Part shown: positions 57,389 to 64,000 of the stretch, piece after piece | Layout: the number at the start of each line of letters is the position of its first letter | How positions within the stretch are numbered: position 1 is the stretch's first letter | IMG/VR virus record: IMGVR_UViG_2974611114_000001 | Coordinates: 40,330 to 104,329 of that record | Strand: one strand, 5' to 3' | DNA from: a virus | Lineage: Duplodnaviria > Caudoviricetes | Length of the DNA stretch: 64,000 nt | Notes under the pieces: model-generated | Databases searched by the model: none | Told to the model about the DNA's origin: nothing | Seen by the model: the letters and a program-made list of their open reading frames with translations, nothing else | Program-made: the position numbers and the translations under genes

Positions 57389-57688
57389 AAATTAACTTGA
57401 CAATTAAAACTTAGTCACCTATAATAAGCTCTAGATTGACCGCTCTTTAAAAATTCCGTTAAAATTAGATAGTAAAAAGTGCTTGACAAGGTTAACGGTT
57501 GATGTATAATAAGCGGTATAGAAACAACGCTCTTTAACAATTTAGAAAACACGCTAACGAATTCATTGCCATTGAATGCTTTACTTGCTTGATGTGTTAA
57601 TTTATAGGGCACTTGTACAAGTACCCTATTTAATAACACAATAGTGTGTTATAATTTCCCTTTAAAAACTATTTAGGAGTTACAAATT

Positions 57689-58138
57689 ATGTCTATTAAA
57701 TTCGGTTGGACTGATGAAAACACTGTTATCGTTATCGAAGCCTATCAAGCTGATTTAGTACCGCAGGACGGCGAAACAGAAGCCGATGCAATTTTACGTG
57801 CTAACGCTACTGATAACTTAACACGCATCGGTGAGTTGGTTGATAATCCCTCCCCGCACTCAGTTCGCACTAAGTTAGTTAATGCTAAAGTATACGTTAA
57901 GCCATCTTCACCGCGCAAGGTCGGTGCTGGCTCTAGCATTCGCAAGGCTCATGTAGTCTTTGCAATTGCAAAAACTATCGAGGAGTTAGGACAAGTTGAA
58001 GATATGGGCGAAGTTAAGAGCGCAACTAACAACCCACTGTTATCATTAGAAAGTGCGAAAATGGATAGCCTGATGATCATCGCGCAAGGTTTCGGCTTAG
58101 ATGAAGATGCTATCAAAGCATTAAATAACTTAGAATAA
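57689..58138 (+). CDS. A2: T5 A2-like DNA-binding protein
   Basis: FGWTDENT...SVRTKLVNAKVY...RKVGAGSSIRKAHVV...SLESAKMDSL. Confidence 0.85.
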   Translation: MSIKFGWTDENTVIVIEAYQADLVPQDGETEADAILRANATDNLTRIGELVDNPSPHSVRTKLVNAKVYVKPSSPRKVGAGSSIRKAHVVFAIAKTIEELGQVEDMGEVKSATNNPLLSLESAKMDSLMIIAQGFGLDEDAIKALNNLE

Positions 58139-58318
58139 GTTTCCTTATACAATACGCCTACTTAGTGGGCGTATTAATAAGCAAATCGCCTCGTAAACGT
58201 GCTTACTTTGATAGAGTATTTTAATCTACCCCTTTGGTATGAAGGGGCTTTTTAAAGTGTTCTTAATACTATATTTCTACAATGCTGTTAATTTCCCTAA
58301 TAAATAGGAGTGTAATAA

Positions 58319-60037
58319 ATGTATAAAATCGAATCGCTATCTAAAGCCCATAAAGAATGCCTAGCAAAAATGGCTCAGGATTTAAATTTCTATGGAAAGC
58401 GAATCCTAGAAAGCAAGTTAGGCGTATGTGAGCAAGTGGCTAGCGCGTTTCATAAAGACACTGGCAGAGAAATATCTAGTACCGATTTAATGGATTGGTA
58501 CGAGGAAAACCGCCCCGTAAAAGTTGCCACAAAGCGAGAAAAGGCAATCAAAGAAGACACACGTCCAGTTTCGGACGGTATCTTAAACAATGAGTGGGAA
58601 CGTTGGGAAACACTTAGCGGTAATTGTTGGATATTAACCAGCGCGCAAAATAACACTGATTTAAATAAGCCGTTCTGGTTAGCATTGAAGCGCTTGTCTG
58701 ATTATCTTAATGCGCCTATCCTAACAAATAGCGTTACTTATGCGCTTACAGAGTTTAAGAAGATGGATAGACTCGAACACCGTTACCCCGAAGAAATACG
58801 CTCTACGTTAATTAACGAAAACGTATATTTAGGTAATAACGGGTTTTGTTTCCTAGCGAAAACTAATATCACGCCTAGCGCTCGATTCCCTATTCAGGGA
58901 TTAGGGGGCATTTTACCGCCTAATGCGAGCGGTGCGTTTGGTACGGTTAAGCAGGACAGCGAATCCTTGCCAGTTGCTAAAGGTTGTGATAGTCGTCAGA
59001 TTTTCGGCACTGGTACGTTAACACAACGTAACTATCGCGGTAAGAAAGCAGGTCAAAAAGTTGAACCTTTCCATACATACGGGGCTTTAATCGTTACTAT
59101 GGACGAGGACGGCTATCACCACGTTAGACAGATTCAATCGGTTGATGATACTGGCGCATTTTATGATTTTGATGGCAACGAGGTTTTTTATGTTACGCCA
59201 GATAGCATTGATTTAGTTAATGTTGATGAAGATCGTCCAGTGTCGGCTATCCAATATGGAGATATTCACGCCGAAAAAGTTGATCCTCTAGTGGCAGAAA
59301 TTAGCTGGGATATGAGTTATCCGTATAGCTTATCGCGTCGGCTAAAGCCTGTTTATACATGTATTCATGATGTAATCGACTTTATGAGCCGTAACCATCA
59401 TAATCGCAATAACCCAGACTTCTTGTTTGAACAATGGTTACTAGGTCGTGAAAATGGCGGTCGTAGCGTAGAAGATGATTTGCGAGATACCGCTAACGTG
59501 TTAGAGCAAATCGCAGAAAACCAAGATACTACGCTAGTGATTGTTGAATCTAACCATGATTTAGCATTAACTCGCTGGCTAACAGATCGCGATTATAAAG
59601 TGGGTTATGATCCAGCTAACGCCATTACTTACCATAGCTTAAACTTAGCTAAGTTTGAAGCGCTCAAAGCTGGAAAAGAATTTAATGCACTTGAACACGC
59701 ATTAAATAACATTGGCGGGCTTGATATTGATAACATTCGTTATCTAAGCGTTGACGAAGATTTTACGGTTGCTGGCGTTGCTATGGGCTTTCATGGTCAC
59801 AACGGAATTAATGGCTCGCGCGGTAGCGCTAAAGGCTATACAAAAATGTTTATGCCAATGAATACAGGACACACTCATTCGGCATCTATCCTAGATAACG
59901 TATGGACGGCTGGCGTTTCAGGCTTAAAAGACATGGGCTATAACATCGGCGGTACTTCATGGACGCAGAGCCATATCATAACCTTTAAAAATGGTCAGCG
60001 TATGTTATTAAACGTTGTTAACGGTCGCTTCTTTTAA
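58319..60037 (+). CDS. A1: T5 A1 protein (host DNA degradation / second-step transfer; metallophosphoesterase-like)
   Basis: LTSAQNNT, GDIH, HDVIDF, SNHD, HGHNG-NGSRGS, GHTHS, MGYNIG. Confidence 0.9.
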   Translation: MYKIESLSKAHKECLAKMAQDLNFYGKRILESKLGVCEQVASAFHKDTGREISSTDLMDWYEENRPVKVATKREKAIKEDTRPVSDGILNNEWERWETLSGNCWILTSAQNNTDLNKPFWLALKRLSDYLNAPILTNSVTYALTEFKKMDRLEHRYPEEIRSTLINENVYLGNNGFCFLAKTNITPSARFPIQGLGGILPPNASGAFGTVKQDSESLPVAKGCDSRQIFGTGTLTQRNYRGKKAGQKVEPFHTYGALIVTMDEDGYHHVRQIQSVDDTGAFYDFDGNEVFYVTPDSIDLVNVDEDRPVSAIQYGDIHAEKVDPLVAEISWDMSYPYSLSRRLKPVYTCIHDVIDFMSRNHHNRNNPDFLFEQWLLGRENGGRSVEDDLRDTANVLEQIAENQDTTLVIVESNHDLALTRWLTDRDYKVGYDPANAITYHSLNLAKFEALKAGKEFNALEHALNNIGGLDIDNIRYLSVDEDFTVAGVAMGFHGHNGINGSRGSAKGYTKMFMPMNTGHTHSASILDNVWTAGVSGLKDMGYNIGGTSWTQSHIITFKNGQRMLLNVVNGRFF

Positions 60038-60084
60038 TAGACACCATAGGGCAAGGAAGCCCACTTTATAAAGGTATTCAACCC

Positions 60085-60387
60085 ATGAAGCATAAACAAG
60101 CCTATCTATGCGAGTGTGGGGCATTGTCAGATACTCAAGATAATTGCCCCGATTGCGGTAACGATGATTTAAGCGATATCAGCGTATATCTTAAATTTAC
60201 CATCTTTGATGCTGATAGTTGTAATAGTCTAGAAGTATATATTGATACTAATATGTGTCTAGAAGATTGGAACAATTTAAGCGACACTGATAAAATTCAG
60301 CACGTAGCAGAATGCAAAGAGCAATTACTTATCCGCTCAGAAGTTATTGCTGTTGATAATGATGGTAACGATATGTTTGAGGTTTAA
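60085..60387 (+). CDS. pre-early hypothetical protein with N-terminal Zn ribbon
   Basis: CECG...CPDCG. Confidence 0.65.
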   Translation: MKHKQAYLCECGALSDTQDNCPDCGNDDLSDISVYLKFTIFDADSCNSLEVYIDTNMCLEDWNNLSDTDKIQHVAECKEQLLIRSEVIAVDNDGNDMFEV

Positions 60388-60462
60388 CAAGTGCCACCGT
60401 TTTTAATCTATTTTATAGTAGTTGTTTTACTTTCCCTTTCATTTCTTTAAGGAGTTTTAAAA

Positions 60463-60912
60463 ATGACCTTAGTTGATATAGTATTAACTTACAGTAACGG
60501 CAGACAATGGCACGCAAAAAACATCGTGTTAGAATCTATCCACGCATCGGTCAATGAGTACGGCAGACCGTTGTTAATCTACCATAATGAGCAAGTGGAA
60601 ATTAGCTCAGAGGTAGAAGATATTCACGAGTTTTCAAAGAGTGAAAATTCTTTTGTAACTAATAATTTAACCATATATTCTAGCACTGGCGTAGAGTTAG
60701 ATATTTTAGCAGATGGGCTTATTAACCTTGAGATCACCGCCCATGAATCACTATGGGGCAAAGAATTGTCTAATTTTGAGAACGTTCTTTCTAAGTTAGT
60801 GATTGATTTATCCGACTCAGATAAATTTGATATTGTTGAATTTACTGCATTAGGAACAACCTATTCCGTAGGCGATATGGTAAATATTTATATTGTACCC
60901 CTAACAAATTAA
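60463..60912 (+). CDS. pre-early hypothetical protein
   Basis: AGGAG RBS; lies between A1 and dmp. Confidence 0.7.
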   Translation: MTLVDIVLTYSNGRQWHAKNIVLESIHASVNEYGRPLLIYHNEQVEISSEVEDIHEFSKSENSFVTNNLTIYSSTGVELDILADGLINLEITAHESLWGKELSNFENVLSKLVIDLSDSDKFDIVEFTALGTTYSVGDMVNIYIVPLTN

Positions 60913-60976
60913 TAATATAATAAAGCCCTTGCCTTATAGGGCTTTATATTTCCCTTTAATTAGGAGTTGTTTTAAA

Positions 60977-61696
60977 ATGAAATGTTACCCACATGTTAAG
61001 AATGTGATGTTATGGGATTTAGACGGAACGGTCATAAATTCCTTTGGTCGCGTGTCGCCTTGCCTTGATGCTAACGGCAATCTAGACTTGCAGAAATATA
61101 TCAATACAGCTTGCACTCATGACAAGGTTATGACGGACAGCTTGCTACCCCTAGCGGAGATTATGAAAGCCTACCAGAAGTTAGAAGGCACGCATAACAT
61201 CGTTATCACAGCCCGAACAATGGGCAAGAGTGACTATTATTTCTTGCGTAAACACGGGCTTATTACCAGCACAAGACAGGCTTGCTCTTTGATGAGCCGT
61301 GACCGCTTGCATAAATACTTTGACCTAGATGAAGTATTAAAGATTTATCGCTGTAAAGACGGGGAATACAAAGGATTTTATTTTGATCGTGTTCGTGAAA
61401 TGTACCCTAACGCAACTATAACTATGATTGATGATCATAAAGGTGTGCTAGCGGTTGCGGTTGAAAAAGGTTTTCGTGCCGTTGATGCCACCCTATTAAA
61501 TGATATCATCGGCATCGGGGCAACCATCGCAGGGGCGGACTTCTTAGATGATATGCTAACAGATTTTAGTGACCCTGAAATTCTAGAGGAAAATATCACT
61601 CGGTTATGGGAAACGTTAACAGTAGAGGAACAAGAATCGTTATCAACTACTGTTAGCACCCTAGCGAAACGTTCACATATTGAAAAGGTTGCATAA
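60977..61696 (+). CDS. dmp: deoxyribonucleoside-5'-monophosphatase (HAD family)
   Basis: WDLDGT, ITAR, MIDD; start MKCYPH; terminal pre-early gene as in T5. Confidence 0.88.
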   Translation: MKCYPHVKNVMLWDLDGTVINSFGRVSPCLDANGNLDLQKYINTACTHDKVMTDSLLPLAEIMKAYQKLEGTHNIVITARTMGKSDYYFLRKHGLITSTRQACSLMSRDRLHKYFDLDEVLKIYRCKDGEYKGFYFDRVREMYPNATITMIDDHKGVLAVAVEKGFRAVDATLLNDIIGIGATIAGADFLDDMLTDFSDPEILEENITRLWETLTVEEQESLSTTVSTLAKRSHIEKVA

Positions 61697-61909
61697 CTAA
61701 ACAATACGCAGTAGCTATAATAACACTGGACGATTGAAAGGTTGAGTTATAGTTACATTAAGAAACAATAACGTTAGGTGATAGCTACTCAATGCGACTG
61801 TTGCGAGTAGCTATCATAAATAATAGTGATAGTAACGCAACGTTATAGTTACGCACAGGGGCGGTAACGAGACTAAACTATCACCCCCTGTTATTGGGAC
61901 ACACCCTCA

Positions 61910-62040
61910 CGTACATAACACCAATTTTCCGTGAAAAGGCAATTTAGGAGCTAATTAGGTTATTATCTCTACTATAACGTTAATGCGTACATAACACCAA
62001 TTTTCCGTGAAAAGGCAATTTAGGAGCTAATTAGGTTATT
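61910..62040 (+). repeat. 55-bp perfect direct repeat (2 copies)
   Basis: CGTACATAACACCAATTTTCCGTGAAAAGGCAATTTAGGAGCTAATTAGGTTATT at 61910-61964 and 61986-62040. Confidence 0.9.
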
Positions 62041-62057
62041 GTCCCAAGTTTAGGCTA

Positions 62058-62133
62058 AATGTGGCACACCTGACGAACAATGTGACTCATCTGACGAATA
62101 ATGTGACACATCTGACGAACAATGTGACACACC
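62058..62133 (+). repeat. 21-bp tandem repeat (~3.6 copies)
   Basis: AATGTGACACATCTGACGAAC consensus at 62058, 62079, 62100 and partial at 62121. Confidence 0.9.
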
Positions 62134-62144
62134 CAAGACCCAAA

Positions 62145-62492
62145 TCACCACTTAGCTATAAACACTACAGACTTGCTGTGATCCTGATTAATAACTAGTT
62201 CAAGGTCAGTATCCCTTAGCCAAGCTATAGTTTCTGCAACCGACTTACTACAAACTTCTGCAATTGCATCATTATCTAAATTGCATAGATAAGGAGCTAC
62301 CTTACCCCAGGATTCAATATTCAGTGTATATCTTAACTCATTATGCCCCTCTTGAGCAGAAAGACGTAGATTTGTAATTATACTATTCTCAATCTCTTCT
62401 ACTATAGTTGAGATGGCTTGCTTTATTTTCTCACTTCTAGCGTCTCTAGCGCTTTGCGCTGTTCTCGCCAAACTGTCTTTTAACTTAATCAT
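62145..62492 (-). CDS. hypothetical protein
   Basis: 115-aa ORF with GGAG RBS. Confidence 0.65.
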   Translation of the reverse strand: MIKLKDSLARTAQSARDARSEKIKQAISTIVEEIENSIITNLRLSAQEGHNELRYTLNIESWGKVAPYLCNLDNDAIAEVCSKSVAETIAWLRDTDLELVINQDHSKSVVFIAKW

Positions 62493-62509
62493 CTTTACTC
62501 CACTATAAT

Positions 62510-62887
62510 TTAGTCTAACACTCCTAGAAGATCAGGATATTCATCAATTCTCATTAGGATATAGCTATTTAATTCGTATCCCCAATACGGCGAGTATGGC
62601 ATATGGATGATGCCAGTTGCGCCGTCCTTTTCCACGTGGATTGCTAATAGCTCAGCATGCAAATCCCCAAGTAGTTCTAGGTGGAATAGTTGGTATACTT
62701 CCCCTGGATGAACACCGTACTGTCTTGCTCTTTCCTCAATAGACCATTGCACCGGTTCGAAGTGTTGCATTCCACCTTCGAAAGATCCAATGTTTATAGT
62801 ATTATCGGATGCTTGATCTACCTGTCTCCACTCATGATTAAAATACTCTTGAGCAAATCCCAAACTATGTATTGATAAAATTTTCAT
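62510..62887 (-). CDS. hypothetical protein
   Basis: 125-aa ORF with AGGAG RBS. Confidence 0.65.
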   Translation of the reverse strand: MKILSIHSLGFAQEYFNHEWRQVDQASDNTINIGSFEGGMQHFEPVQWSIEERARQYGVHPGEVYQLFHLELLGDLHAELLAIHVEKDGATGIIHMPYSPYWGYELNSYILMRIDEYPDLLGVLD

Positions 62888-62896
62888 GCGGTCTCC

Positions 62897-63136
62897 TTAA
62901 TCTAACCAATCTTCAATAACGTTGTTAGTTACTTTCCATACACGAATATCTAGGGGTCCGATTATTCCCCTGTCAATCTTGTAATTTACGTTAAACTCTT
63001 TCTCTAGTCTAGAGATAACCTTAGTTGCCAGGTCTACTACATCCTTAGAGTACATATGCTTTTCTAGGTAGGAGAAATCATATTTACCCTTGTATATTAA
63101 ACTATTCCTAGCTTCTAGGTATATACTATCTTCCAT
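62897..63136 (-). CDS. hypothetical protein
   Basis: 79-aa ORF, TAATG overlap. Confidence 0.6.
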   Translation of the reverse strand: MEDSIYLEARNSLIYKGKYDFSYLEKHMYSKDVVDLATKVISRLEKEFNVNYKIDRGIIGPLDIRVWKVTNNVIEDWLD

Positions 63137-63411
63137 TATCTAACCTCTAACTGTATAGTATCACTATTTAGCTGGGTTGCTTTGAATTTGCTACCGCTAT
63201 TAATAATATCAACAACCTTTTCGGTTAGAAGATACGTAAATTCGTACCCACTTAGTTGGTATCGTCTATGTACCTTAGTGTATTCTTCAACATATGCATA
63301 CTCGGTAATGCTAACAACTGAGATATCCGGATGGTGTGTTAGTACCTTATGCTCAAAAGAGCTGATATGTTTTATAATTCGTTCTGCTAATGCTTCTGCA
63401 AATTTATCCAT
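63136..63411 (-). CDS. hypothetical protein
   Basis: 91-aa ORF. Confidence 0.6.
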   Translation of the reverse strand: MDKFAEALAERIIKHISSFEHKVLTHHPDISVVSITEYAYVEEYTKVHRRYQLSGYEFTYLLTEKVVDIINSGSKFKATQLNSDTIQLEVR

Positions 63412-63413
63412 TA

Positions 63414-63971
63414 TTAAACCCTTACATCATATTCAACTTGCCACAGTTCATATTTGTCATCGTATAAATTAGCTAACAAAGTCTTTATTTCTAGAGCACG
63501 AGTTTCTACTGCCTCCAGTTCTTCTTCTAAAACGTCTATTTCTTTCTTCTGCTCACAGGATTCTTCATCAATAAACTGCTCATGTAAGCTAGAAGTTTCA
63601 CAATCAGAGCATATATGGTGTGTGCCCTTAAATACATGCTCATTACTAATAAGACCACAGGCTGGGCACATTAGTCTAGTACCTTCAGGGAACTGTTCTG
63701 GTAAAATTCTGCGAACCTTAATAATGCCAGATAGAAAAGGGGTTGTTACATCAAATGAATCATTCAGTAATTTTCTTAAATAGTGTAGTACCTCATTCCT
63801 AAGTTCATCAGAATCTATAGTCAGTGCTGAATCAGTTTCTAGCTCTTTTCTAGCCTCTAGATATAGTGCTGATGTTGGAATACTAAACTCTAGACGTTCA
63901 GGGTTATCTCTTATGTCTATAAATATTTTGTAGGCTACTGCTAGAGCTAATGCTTTATCTTCTTTGTTCAT
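63414..63971 (-). CDS. hypothetical protein with CxxC...CxxC and coiled coil
   Basis: CPACG...CSDC. Confidence 0.65.
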   Translation of the reverse strand: MNKEDKALALAVAYKIFIDIRDNPERLEFSIPTSALYLEARKELETDSALTIDSDELRNEVLHYLRKLLNDSFDVTTPFLSGIIKVRRILPEQFPEGTRLMCPACGLISNEHVFKGTHHICSDCETSSLHEQFIDEESCEQKKEIDVLEEELEAVETRALEIKTLLANLYDDKYELWQVEYDVRV

Positions 63972-64000
63972 AGAAAGACCCTCTAGTTCGGGTCTTGTTA

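Larger units (their letters stand above)
56130..57540. promoter_or_regulatory. five pre-early sigma70 promoters, each followed by a boxA (CGCTCTTTAA[C/A]A)
   Basis: boxA at 56143-56132 (-), 56547, 56722, 57441 and 57528 (+), each ~15-30 nt after a -10 hexamer. Confidence 0.75.

Noticed and set aside
61910-62133. Possible CRISPR array
   Set aside because: Repeats are tandem or two-copy without unique spacers of regular length; no cas genes
220-63783. Many antisense or alternative-frame ORFs in the track (e.g. 220-483, 505-966, 1500-1772, 7368-7616, 20654-21004, 49283-49750, 63454-63783)
   Set aside because: They shadow well-supported genes, lack RBS or motifs, and break operon polarity

Overview
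This window is a 64-kb segment of a lytic T5-like siphophage genome (Demerecviridae-type gene content and order), shown in reverse relative to the usual T5 map. The host cannot be named from sequence alone, but sigma70 promoters and LexA/Fur/DnaA-like boxes point to a gammaproteobacterium. Left to right: replication genes on the minus strand (D5, split NAD-dependent ligase, D3, D2, origin-binding helicase, nrdD); nucleotide metabolism genes on the plus strand (phoH, intein-containing nrdA, nrdB, DHFR, thyA, RNase H); a ~11-kb cluster of 23 tRNA genes mixed with small ORFs, an HNH endonuclease and many structured non-coding RNAs; spanins, dNMP kinase, a ClpP-like protease, holin and a TIGR02594/NlpC-P60-type endolysin; a long run of small early genes; a ~2-kb non-coding region at the position of the T5 injection-stop signal; the pre-early region (A2, A1, dmp) of a probable ~10.6-kb terminal repeat; and a few small genes beyond it. 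The most notable unexplained structure is non-coding: two ~700-nt promoter-driven, highly base-paired ORF-free regions (candidate large ncRNAs), a set of 60-240-nt closed-stem and tRNA-mimic RNAs, a dense array of host regulator sites (Fur, DnaA, Cra, LexA) at the injection-stop position, rrn-type boxA elements behind every pre-early promoter, and five ORFs whose stop codons lie inside the following tRNA. All calls come from reading motifs by eye; no searches or folding programs were run.
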